64,000 bases of DNA from Christensenellales bacterium. Its GTDB lineage: Bacteria; Bacillota; Clostridia; Christensenellales; DTU072. Positions 30,713 to 38,962 of the stretch are shown piece after piece. The stretch lies in NCBI GenBank assembly GCA_050309775.1, contig JBNRMV010000010.1, positions 23,193 through 87,192 of the forward strand. Reading direction: 5' to 3'. Within the stretch, counting starts at the first letter, position 1, and every line of letters starts with the position of its first letter. A model generated the notes under the pieces. That model was given only the letters and a program-made list of their open reading frames with translations. It made no database searches and was not told the origin of the DNA. The position numbers and the translations under genes are program-made.

Positions 30713-31243
30713 ATGATAAATAGAATGAAGAACTTTTTTAGCAAAAATCCCACTGCATGGCAATTTGCAAAATATACAATATTCTCTGTGTCGGCCGGTT
30801 TAATAGAAGTGGGAATATTCATGCTGCTAAACTACCTTTTGCCCAAGAATGGCATAAACAGACCGATAAATTGGTTTCTTTTTGTATATCCCACAGCCGC
30901 CGGCGGACTGGGCGCCTTGATTGCTTTTGTTGTGTCTTCAGTCATCGGTCAAGCCCTGAAATTTATCACAAACTTCAAAAAAACATTTAAGTCCACAAAC
31001 AATATTTTGCTAAGCGCCATAGGCTTTGCCATAATGGCGATAATAGTAGTTGTGGGACTAAACCTCTATGTTGGCGGCATTCTGAACACCGCATTGTGCA
31101 AAGTCATTTCGAACGCTGATATTGCCGGAATGATAGCAAAAATAATCTGTCAAGTTACCGGCTTTCTGCTTGTGTTCCCCGTCAATAAGTTCTTGCTTAT
31201 GAGAACCAAAAAAGCAGATACAACAACAGTGCAAGAGGATTGA
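30713..31243 (+). CDS. GtrA-family-like small polytopic membrane protein
   Basis: 176 aa with four hydrophobic helices. The N-terminus WQFAKYTIFSVSAGLIEVGIF resembles the GtrA family. AAGGAG RBS. Confidence 0.65.
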   Translation: MINRMKNFFSKNPTAWQFAKYTIFSVSAGLIEVGIFMLLNYLLPKNGINRPINWFLFVYPTAAGGLGALIAFVVSSVIGQALKFITNFKKTFKSTNNILLSAIGFAIMAIIVVVGLNLYVGGILNTALCKVISNADIAGMIAKIICQVTGFLLVFPVNKFLLMRTKKADTTTVQED

Positions 31244-31452
31244 GAAGGTGGAAATCGCTCCGCTTGGGCGATAAACTCATTCTCATTCATAGTTTGGCTA
31301 GGAGAACTTTTGCTTGTTCCCGCTGTCGTTGCCCTGCTCTATCACGCCGAGGCAGGGCGAAAGCAACCATGCTTTCGCCTTATCTGCCCGTTCGAATCCA
31401 TAACTTCATATTGACCTAGTAGAAAGGGGGCAAATGCCCCCTTTCTAGTCTG
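31242..31452 (-). mobile_element. second copy of the putative miniature tRNA-targeting element, at tRNA-Ser(CGA)
   Basis: The same 196-bp body abuts the tRNA 3' end. Its inner end carries a 14/16 match to this tRNA's own 3' end (31242-31257 versus 31458-31473). Confidence 0.4.
31255..31450 (-). repeat. 196-bp repeat, right copy (inverted)
   Basis: See the left copy; 194/196 identical by manual alignment. Confidence 0.9.
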
Positions 31453-31541
31453 TGGCGGAGAAGGTGGGATTCGAACCCACGTGACGTTTCCGTCGAACGC
31501 ATTTCGAGTGCGCCTCGTTATGACCACTTCGGTACTTCTCC
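31453..31541 (-). tRNA. tRNA-Ser (anticodon CGA), CCA encoded
   Basis: The reverse complement folds as a class II tRNA: acceptor GGAGAAG/CTTCTCC, anticodon loop CTCGAAA, long variable arm, T-arm GTGGG-TTCGAAT-CCCAC. Confidence 0.95.
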
Positions 31542-31664
31542 TCTGCCGCAAGCAATAAATATAATACTATTTTTTCCGAATATATGCAAACAGAATTGAC
31601 AGTCGGTTGTAAATTATTTTTTCATATGATATAATTTTTCTAAAAATTCTCACTTGAGGTAGCT

Positions 31665-31922
31665 ATGTCAAACAATAAAAAAGCCAGCGTTGGTCAAATT
31701 CTTTCTATTGTTCAATGGTGTATTCTGCTTGCCTGCGGTATTTTTATTCCCTTTTGGTGGGGCTGGATGTTTCCGCTGGCCATGTTTGTCATTCATTCCG
31801 CAGAAGCCGTCAAGTACGGTTTGCCCAAAGGAAAAGCGCATGGCTACACCGCATTGGAGAGTCTTTGCTTGACTTGGTTGTATGGCTTTACTTGGTGGAA
31901 ATATCTTGGCGGAAAAAAGTAA
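31665..31922 (+). CDS. small integral membrane protein (85 aa), unknown function
   Basis: Two or three hydrophobic helices. An extended -10 TGaTATAAT lies upstream. GAGG RBS. Confidence 0.55.
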   Translation: MSNNKKASVGQILSIVQWCILLACGIFIPFWWGWMFPLAMFVIHSAEAVKYGLPKGKAHGYTALESLCLTWLYGFTWWKYLGGKK

Positions 31923-32012
31923 GAGCAGGAAAAAAACTCTTTGCGCAGCAAATGTTGTCAATGATATTGCCGCAAGGAATATAATGTCACTATACGAAAA
32001 AAAGGATGTACT

Positions 32013-32588
32013 ATGAAAAAAATAATTTCAGTAATCGGAGACGCTTTGATTGACGAGAGCGGCGAAAAGTATAAATTAGCTTACGAGATAGGCAAGACGC
32101 TTGTAGACAACGGATACAGAGTGCAAAGCGGCGGCATGAAAGGCGTAATGGAAGCGGCTTTTCGTGGCGCGCGCGCCTCAAAGAATTATAAAGAGGGCGA
32201 TACCGTAGCAATTTGCCCGAGCTTTGACAGAACTTGCGTAAATCCATATGCGGACATTGTCATACCCACAGGTTTGGACATCTTCCGCAATTTCATTGTT
32301 GCAAACGCCGATGCGGTGGTAGCAATAGGGGGAGGCGGCGGCACACTGTCCGAAATAGCCAGCGCATGGACGATGAAACGGCTTATTATCGGAATGACAA
32401 CAGGCGGCGGTTGGGCTGCCGAACTTGCCGGAAGAAGAATTGACGAGCGCATACGCTATGAAGATATTCCCGATGACAAGATTTATCCGGCAAAAGACGC
32501 CGATGAAGTTATTTCTATACTAAAAAGCAAGCTGGACAGCTATAATACCTATCACAAAGGAATACCATATGTCAAAAATAAAATATGA
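32013..32588 (+). CDS. TIGR00725/LOG-family-like Rossmann protein
   Basis: Motifs SGGMKGVMEAA and GGGGGTLSEIA (PGGxGTxxE-like). Confidence 0.7.
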   Translation: MKKIISVIGDALIDESGEKYKLAYEIGKTLVDNGYRVQSGGMKGVMEAAFRGARASKNYKEGDTVAICPSFDRTCVNPYADIVIPTGLDIFRNFIVANADAVVAIGGGGGTLSEIASAWTMKRLIIGMTTGGGWAAELAGRRIDERIRYEDIPDDKIYPAKDADEVISILKSKLDSYNTYHKGIPYVKNKI

Positions 32589-33222
32589 GCATATATTGTG
32601 GGATTGGAACGGCACACTGCTGGACGATATAGACGCCTGCATTATTTCTATAAACAAGTCCCTTTCGGAACACGGTCTGCCCCTTATGACAAAAGCCACA
32701 TATTTTGAAAAGTTTGACTTCCCCGTAAAGAACTATTACGCAAAAATAGGCTTTGATATCAGCGGCGACAAATACGAAAAGCTTGCTCAGCAGTATATTG
32801 AAAATTATGTTGCCGAGAGCAAGACCTCAGCAAAACTTCACAATGGCGTTGAAGAAATGCTTAAGTTTTTTTATGACAACAATGTGCCGCAATCCATATT
32901 GTCGGCATCGGATTATGACATTTTGCTTGAACGGCTCAAGCATTATGACATCTTAAAGTATTTTGAGGACATAAAGGCGCTTGACAATGTATATGCGCAC
33001 GGCAAAATGCACTTGGGGCGGGAGTGGCGGCAACAACACCCGAACAAAAAGGCGCTTTTTATCGGAGACACAAAGCACGATTTTGAGGTGGCGGCGGATA
33101 TGGGCGCAAACTGCATATTATTTAGCGGCGGTCATTGCAAAAGATATCAGCTTGAACAAAGCGACTGCATAGTCATCGATGACCTTGAGGAAATAAAGAA
33201 GTATGTATATGAAAAAGTATAA
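32569..33222 (+). CDS. HAD-superfamily hydrolase (phosphoglycolate phosphatase-like)
   Basis: Motif I-like WDWNGTLLDD and a downstream GDTKHD motif. Confidence 0.8.
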   Translation: MSKIKYEHILWDWNGTLLDDIDACIISINKSLSEHGLPLMTKATYFEKFDFPVKNYYAKIGFDISGDKYEKLAQQYIENYVAESKTSAKLHNGVEEMLKFFYDNNVPQSILSASDYDILLERLKHYDILKYFEDIKALDNVYAHGKMHLGREWRQQHPNKKALFIGDTKHDFEVAADMGANCILFSGGHCKRYQLEQSDCIVIDDLEEIKKYVYEKV

Positions 33223-33370
33223 AAAATATATCGTTCGCAATGCCGACCGTCAAGAAGTACGGGACAATGACTTGCGTCAAGCCGAAGAAGAGAACAAAAG
33301 GACATTCAAGGACCGTTACAAAGACTTTTATAATGATGTAAAGAACACTACAAAAACAGAGGATTGGTAA
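33209..33370 (+). CDS. possible unlisted 53-aa highly charged small protein
   Basis: The ATG-to-TAA ORF (MKKYKKYIVRNADRQEVRDNDLRQAEEENKRTFKDRYKDFYNDVKNTTKTEDW) exactly fills the gap between convergent genes. It is below the ORF-track size cutoff and its SD is weak. Confidence 0.3.
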   Translation: MKKYKKYIVRNADRQEVRDNDLRQAEEENKRTFKDRYKDFYNDVKNTTKTEDW

Positions 33371-33374
33371 AAGA

Positions 33375-34487
33375 CTAGCCGAAATAAAAATACAAACGGC
33401 ATTCCTTTGTGGCGTTATAGAGTTTTCGGGTTTTTGCCGCACGCGCGCCAAAGTTGCGCTCGAAACTGCGCGCCGATGTAAGCGCAAGCAAATTCCAATT
33501 TTTAAGTTCAGCATACACCTTACCCAGAGTTGTATATAGCAAAGCCACGCTTTTTTCGTCCATAAGTCTTTCGCCGTAAGGGGGATTGCATACCAGCGTG
33601 CCGCCAGAAAACCTGGAAGAAAGTTTTGCTACATCTTGCGTTTGGAAATGGATTTTGTCGGCTACGCCGGCTTTTTCCGCATGGTATGCGGCAAGCGCAA
33701 TGGCTCTTTTGTCTATGTCAAATCCGCTGATGCGCAAATCTCTTTGAACAATGTCGTCCTGCGCCGATTGCCGAATGTCGTCCATGATTTTTTTGTCAAA
33801 GAAACAGTAGTTTTCCATCGAAAATGTTCGGTTTATGCCCGGAGCAATATTCATAGCCATCAATGTCGCCTCAATAGGAAAGGTGCCTGAGCCGCAAAAA
33901 GGGTCTATCAGCGGTCGGTCATATTGCCAATTTGAAAGCTTCAGAATGGCCGCCGCAAGAGTTTCACGTAGGGGCGCTTGTCCTGAAATGTCGCGGTATC
34001 CGCGCTTGTGCAGTCCGCTACCTGACAAATTCAATGAAAGGGTTACGCTGTCTTCAAATATGTTGAAATCTATTAAATATTCTTCGCCGTCTTCGGAAAA
34101 AAAACTCTTTTTTGTGCGAGCTTTCAGCCGCTCAATGATGGCCTTTTTTATAATTTTCTGACAAGCGGAAAGCGCAAAAAGGCGGCTCTTGGAACTCTTG
34201 CCGTTTATTATATATTTGCCGTTCGTGGCAAGGAAATCCTCCCAATTGACGCTCAAAGTGTTGTCAAACAGTTCGTCAAAACTTACGGCATTGAATTTTG
34301 CCAATGAAAGCATAACTTTGTCGGCGGTGCGCAAAAACATGTTGCACTTTGCGGCGTCGTTGAGCGTGCCGTCAAAAGCAATTTTGCCGTTTATGGCGGC
34401 GGTATCGGTTATGCCCAGCGCCTTCAACTCATTTTTTGTAACAGCCTCTATTCCCGAAGCTGAAGTGACTATAAAATTGTAGTTCAT
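33375..34487 (-). CDS. THUMP-domain class I SAM-dependent RNA methyltransferase (RlmL/YpsC-like)
   Basis: NPPYGERL motif and a THUMP-like N-terminus. The start MNYNFIV (34487) overlaps the MATE stop as ATGA. Confidence 0.85.
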   Translation of the reverse strand: MNYNFIVTSASGIEAVTKNELKALGITDTAAINGKIAFDGTLNDAAKCNMFLRTADKVMLSLAKFNAVSFDELFDNTLSVNWEDFLATNGKYIINGKSSKSRLFALSACQKIIKKAIIERLKARTKKSFFSEDGEEYLIDFNIFEDSVTLSLNLSGSGLHKRGYRDISGQAPLRETLAAAILKLSNWQYDRPLIDPFCGSGTFPIEATLMAMNIAPGINRTFSMENYCFFDKKIMDDIRQSAQDDIVQRDLRISGFDIDKRAIALAAYHAEKAGVADKIHFQTQDVAKLSSRFSGGTLVCNPPYGERLMDEKSVALLYTTLGKVYAELKNWNLLALTSARSFERNFGARAAKTRKLYNATKECRLYFYFG

Positions 34488-35866
34488 GCTAAGGGGGGAG
34501 CGTTCAGCTCGGCAAACTTCTTTCTGATTGTAACAATCCCCCATGGCAGCGCTACGGCGGCGGTAATAACTTCGGCTATGGCATAACTCCACCACACTCC
34601 GTTGACGCCAATAGCCATTGAAAGCAGGTAGGCAAGCGGCATCAACAAAAGCAACTGACGCATAAGCGACAAAATAAGAGCCGCCACTCCCTTGCCAAAA
34701 GATTGCAGCATCACGCCGATTATTATTGAGAACGCTGCAAATACAAAGTGAACGCTGATTATGCGCAATGCAGGAATGCCCATAGCTGTGACAGCTTCAG
34801 TTGCTTTGAAAATCTTGAGCAGCAAACTGGGCGCCGCTTGAAAGATTATTAGTCCTACGGTCATTATGGCGGCGGAGATGGCTAGTGACAATTTGAAAGT
34901 TTTTGTATAGCGCTTTTTGTCGTTTGCGCCGTAATTATAGCTTAGAATCGGCAACGCGCCTTGCGTCAAACCAAATACCGGCATAAATACAAATGATTGA
35001 ATTTTAATATATATACCAAGGACAACAATGGCATTTTCAAATGCTTTCAGTATTACATTGATGAACGATACCGTCACACTGCCCATACCTTTCAGCACAA
35101 TGGTGGGAATGCCGACCCGTAATATGCTCGAGGATATATCTTTTCTGAGGCGGAAGCCTTTATGAAAGAAGGGCGACACCTCTTGTTTGCCGAAAATAAA
35201 CGCCGAAATGGATACTGCGCATGCGCAGGCTTGACCTATTATGGTGGCAATGGCTGCGCCTTTTATGCCCATGGCCGGAAAGCCCAACAGCCCGAAAATC
35301 ATAATAGGGTCAAGAATAATATTTGTTATGGCTCCGGTTAGTTGCGAAATCATAGGAATTTTCATATTGCCCGTCGATTGCAAAATTTTTGAGAACATTA
35401 TTTCAATAAAAACAAAGCCGCTTGCAATGAGTATTATGGAGAGATATTCCACGCCGTAAGCAATTGTTTGCGGGTCTGTTGAAAATGCGCTGACAAAAGG
35501 TTTTGTGGCAAAAATGCCCAAAAACACAAAAAGAACGGCGGATATCAGTGTGAACAGCAAGCCCGTTTGAGCGGCAAGGGCGGCATCTTCTCTTTTGCGT
35601 TCGCCCAGTTTTTTTGCGACAACGGCATTTGCTCCGACGCCAAGACCCGTGGCAAATGCAATTATTAAAATTTGCATAGGGAATACAATCGAAAGCGCCT
35701 CGAAAGCCTTTGCGTCAAAATGCGCTACAAATATTGAGTCAACGATATTATAAAAAGATTGAACAAGCATAGATAGCATGGCAGGCAAAGACATGCTTAT
35801 AAGCAACCTTGCAATAGGCGTATGCCGTAATTTATCTGAACGAGGTGTTGCCGTTTGGTTTGTCAT
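34484..35866 (-). CDS. MATE family efflux transporter
   Basis: 460 aa, 12 predicted TM helices, MATE-like N-terminus. Confidence 0.9.
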   Translation of the reverse strand: MTNQTATPRSDKLRHTPIARLLISMSLPAMLSMLVQSFYNIVDSIFVAHFDAKAFEALSIVFPMQILIIAFATGLGVGANAVVAKKLGERKREDAALAAQTGLLFTLISAVLFVFLGIFATKPFVSAFSTDPQTIAYGVEYLSIILIASGFVFIEIMFSKILQSTGNMKIPMISQLTGAITNIILDPIMIFGLLGFPAMGIKGAAIATIIGQACACAVSISAFIFGKQEVSPFFHKGFRLRKDISSSILRVGIPTIVLKGMGSVTVSFINVILKAFENAIVVLGIYIKIQSFVFMPVFGLTQGALPILSYNYGANDKKRYTKTFKLSLAISAAIMTVGLIIFQAAPSLLLKIFKATEAVTAMGIPALRIISVHFVFAAFSIIIGVMLQSFGKGVAALILSLMRQLLLLMPLAYLLSMAIGVNGVWWSYAIAEVITAAVALPWGIVTIRKKFAELNAPPLA

Positions 35867-36033
35867 CTTTTGCTCCTTGACAAAAATGTTTGAGTTTTTG
35901 TAATATTAGTATTAGAATTGTATTACTAAAACAACATAAAGTCAAAAGAAAACTGCTTCCATGCAGACTATTATTTAATATTGACCTAAGGTTTGGGCAG
36001 TATATTTTAATAAAAATTATGAGGTGTGAAAAA

Positions 36034-37083
36034 ATGGATTTTTACAATCAACCAAAATCGGGTAATGTCGCGCGAAAAAAACTGTTGACGGCGCTTGTTG
36101 CTGCTTTTGCCGTGCTTCTTGCCATAAATGTCATAATGTTTGCCATTTTAACATCGACGCTGAAAGCCAGTCTTACAGGCGATATGCAGCGTCTTGAGGC
36201 ACAGTTGGACGATAGAATAGACGGCGCTATTGCCGGCAGACTGACGAATGAAATAGCAGACCTGGTTGCCGCAGAAATTACCGACGAGGTCACACAAACG
36301 GCGACGCTTTCCGTCACTCAGGCGGTGACAGAAGAAGTCATCGAGAATTATAAGAGAGAATACAATCTGCCGGAAAATTATTCGGGCATCGGCGTTATTG
36401 CCGCCGCTAAGGTTGAGAGCGTACTGGAGCTCAAAACAAGCGGAAAAGACAATCCGCCCTATGACAACCAGACAATATCAGCCCAGTCTTCGGCTTTTGT
36501 AATCACCACTGACGGCTATGCCATAACCAACGCGCATTGCGTGACTTTTGAGGCAGGCATTTATAAACAAAGCGGCTGGACGGTTTGGAAAACGGGCACG
36601 GAAACCAAGGTTTTTTCTTCCATTCAGGCGAACTTCAAGGGTAGCACTCAACAGTACGAAATGGAAGTAATAGCTTATGACTCACCCAAAGACCTTGCCA
36701 TAATAAAGTTCAAAAATCCTCCGGCAAACCTTAAGCCGGTGGTTTTCGGCAATTCTGATTTAATCAACCTGGGCGAAGAGGTGGCGGCAATAGGCAATGC
36801 TCAGGGCTTGGGTATTTCGTTGACAACGGGAGTCGTCTCCAATCCTCCGCAAGTATATAATGATGTAAAGATTATTCAGACGGATACGACAATAAATCCC
36901 GGGAACTCCGGCGGACCGCTGTTTAACATTTATGCGGAGTTTATAGGCGTTGTATCTTTCAAAATAATTGAATCCGAACTCAATGAGGGGCTGGGCTTTG
37001 CCATAGCGTCCAACTCCGTCAAAGCATATATTGCAAGCGTAGAAAGTCAAAATAACATAAATATAAATTACACAGCCGTATAA
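36034..37083 (+). CDS. membrane-anchored trypsin-like (S1C/HtrA-like) serine protease without a PDZ domain
   Basis: TM anchor and triad context TNAHCV / DLAIIKF / GNSGGPLF. The GAGGTG RBS favours ATG 36034 over the ORF-track start. Confidence 0.8.
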   Translation: MDFYNQPKSGNVARKKLLTALVAAFAVLLAINVIMFAILTSTLKASLTGDMQRLEAQLDDRIDGAIAGRLTNEIADLVAAEITDEVTQTATLSVTQAVTEEVIENYKREYNLPENYSGIGVIAAAKVESVLELKTSGKDNPPYDNQTISAQSSAFVITTDGYAITNAHCVTFEAGIYKQSGWTVWKTGTETKVFSSIQANFKGSTQQYEMEVIAYDSPKDLAIIKFKNPPANLKPVVFGNSDLINLGEEVAAIGNAQGLGISLTTGVVSNPPQVYNDVKIIQTDTTINPGNSGGPLFNIYAEFIGVVSFKIIESELNEGLGFAIASNSVKAYIASVESQNNININYTAV

Positions 37084-37093
37084 GGGGTATTTT

Positions 37094-38428
37094 ATGAAAA
37101 AACTTAAACTGTCGTTTCTGGTAATATTGATTGCTTCCGTACTGTTGGTCTATGGTTGCCAGACGCCGCCGCAACAGAATAACGATTATGAAGAGGCCTA
37201 CAAACAGGCGGTTGCGCTGGGCTATACCGGAGAGCTGGACGATTTTATTGCCGTATTAAGAGGCGACAGGGGAGAGAGCGCCTATGATATTGCCGTAAGA
37301 AACGGATTTCAGGGTAGCGAAACTCAATGGCTGGAATCTTTGAAAGGAAAATCAGCATATCAGACAGCCGTAGAAAAAGGCTATACGGGAACAGAGGAGC
37401 AATGGTTGGCTACGCTGGTAGGAGAGCAAGGCGAAAGGGGTGAAAAGGGTGAAACCGGAGAAAAGGGGGATATCGGACTTTCTGCATATGAAATAGCCAA
37501 AGTCGCAGGTTTTAAGGGCAGTCAGGCGGAATGGCTGCTGTCCTTGAATGGAGAAAAAGGCGAAAATGGCTTGTCAGCGTACGAAATAGCCGTTCAGAAC
37601 GGATATGTAGGAACAGAGGGTCAATGGCTTATTAGTCTTATCGGAGAGAGGGGAGCGGACGGAAAATCCGCTTATGATGTTGCTGTTTTGGGCGGCTTTG
37701 AGGGTACGGAAAGTCAATGGCTGGTCAGTTTAATAGGAGCCAGCGGACAAGATAGCCAAAGTGAAATATCGGCTATTATTGCGCAGCACCGCCTTATTGA
37801 ATCGGTTATTGAAATAAAAGCCACATCGGAAAATCTGCAAGCAACTTCCAGCGGCATTATTATTTCTTCCGATGGCTACATATTGACAAATGCGCATTGC
37901 GTGACATATGAAACAAATGATGAAAATCCGCAAACCACGCTTTTCGATACTGTGATTGGAAAATTCCGCGGCGACTACCAAGACTACAGCCTTGAAGTTG
38001 TGCATTACAATATTGCAAAGGATTTGGCAATACTTAGGTTTGTGTCAACTCCCGAAAATCTTGTGCCGGTGACCATCGGAGATTCTGATGCGCTGGCAAT
38101 AGGCGATACGACAATAGTAATAGGCAACGCGATAGGTCTGGGAATAACCGCGTCATCCGGAATTGTGGCCGATACGGCGCAGGGTTATAATGTTGACTAT
38201 ATGGGCGGCGTTGTCGAAGCCATTCGTACCGACTCACCCATAAATCCCGGAAATTCCGGCGGCGGACTGTTCAATGCGCAGGGACAGCTTATCGGAGTGG
38301 CGACTTTCAAAATTGCGCCGTCAAGCCTTTACGAGGGATTGGGCTTTGGTTTGAGCGCAAACATGGTGAAAGAATATATTGATGAAGCGGCAGCGGGACA
38401 AGAGATAGCAATTGAGTATCTTGAATAA
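37094..38428 (+). CDS. lipoprotein with five tail-fibre-like repeats and short collagen-like GXY runs, fused to a trypsin-like serine protease
   Basis: Lipobox LLVYGC. Five copies of SAY[DE]IAV.NG[FY].G[ST]E.QWL.SL.G and one run GEQGERGEKGETGEKGDIG. Protease triad TNAHCV / DLAILRF / GNSGGGLF. Confidence 0.8.
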   Translation: MKKLKLSFLVILIASVLLVYGCQTPPQQNNDYEEAYKQAVALGYTGELDDFIAVLRGDRGESAYDIAVRNGFQGSETQWLESLKGKSAYQTAVEKGYTGTEEQWLATLVGEQGERGEKGETGEKGDIGLSAYEIAKVAGFKGSQAEWLLSLNGEKGENGLSAYEIAVQNGYVGTEGQWLISLIGERGADGKSAYDVAVLGGFEGTESQWLVSLIGASGQDSQSEISAIIAQHRLIESVIEIKATSENLQATSSGIIISSDGYILTNAHCVTYETNDENPQTTLFDTVIGKFRGDYQDYSLEVVHYNIAKDLAILRFVSTPENLVPVTIGDSDALAIGDTTIVIGNAIGLGITASSGIVADTAQGYNVDYMGGVVEAIRTDSPINPGNSGGGLFNAQGQLIGVATFKIAPSSLYEGLGFGLSANMVKEYIDEAAAGQEIAIEYLE

Positions 38429-38434
38429 AACTAA

Positions 38435-38459
38435 ACAAGGACGAGATTCCCGTCTTTGT
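38435..38459. terminator. hairpin between convergent genes (possible bidirectional terminator)
   Basis: CAAGGACG / CGTCTTTG stem (one G-U pair) with T-rich sequence on the plus strand side. Confidence 0.4.
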
Positions 38460-38525
38460 ACGCATTAAGCGCAACAAAAGCTCAAGGTTTCTCATCCTTA
38501 TTTATTAAAATACCATATTATAGGT

Positions 38526-38801
38526 TTATTCCGGCATTATTCCCCTTTTGTCATGAAATCCGTCTACACAGAAGCAGCCCCAAAAAGGTATGCAGCAGGG
38601 TTTCGGAGGCGGAAGGGGTCTAGGCTTGGGAGGGCAGGGTCTGCAATTGAAAACAACATTGCAGCAGAAGCAAGGCTTTCTTTCGGGTTTTCTGCATTCG
38701 GCGCATGATCCGAAACCGCAATCGAAGCAGTCGTCACGCTTTTTGTCAAAACAGTCTTTTCCACAGAAGCCTTTGAAGTTATTTAATCCGTCGTAACACA
38801 T
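38526..38801 (-). CDS. orphan 91-aa Cys-rich (16 Cys) / Pro-rich protein, no signal peptide
   Basis: AAGGAGA RBS 7 nt before ATG 38801. Product: MCYDGLNNFKGFCGKDCFDKKRDDCFDCGFGSCAECRKPERKPCFCCNVVFNCRPCPPKPRPLPPPKPCCIPFWGCFCVDGFHDKRGIMPE. Confidence 0.65.
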   Translation of the reverse strand: MCYDGLNNFKGFCGKDCFDKKRDDCFDCGFGSCAECRKPERKPCFCCNVVFNCRPCPPKPRPLPPPKPCCIPFWGCFCVDGFHDKRGIMPE

Positions 38802-38907
38802 ATTTTTTCTCCTTTGTTGTGCTTGCGCACAATACCATATTATTAAAAGACGGTTGTTTTTGTTACTTATGTTGCGTCGGCTTTTGTATATGCTATATAT
38901 GTTGACC

Positions 38908-38936
38908 GTTGACAAACTTTGGAAATGATATTACAA
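38908..38936 (+). promoter_or_regulatory. putative promoter of SCP2-like/adh operon
   Basis: TTGACA, 17-nt spacer, TACAAT read by eye. Coordinates are approximate to within a few nt. Confidence 0.4.
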
Positions 38937-38962
38937 TAAAGTTAAAGGATTTTAGGTGAATT

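Noticed and set aside
29161-31452. Composite transposon interpretation of the IR-flanked cassette
   Set aside because: There is no transposase or IS-like ORF. The repeat ends coincide with tRNA 3' ends and tRNA-derived direct repeats, which fits site-specific recombination better than transposition.
35890-36033. Long N-terminal extensions proposed by the ORF track here, and likewise for 33375-34595, 22731-23612, 61554-62558, 9712-10101 and 12616-14481
   Set aside because: In each case an internal ATG with a proper SD, or a start/stop overlap, yields the family-typical N-terminus. The extensions run through promoters or the upstream gene.
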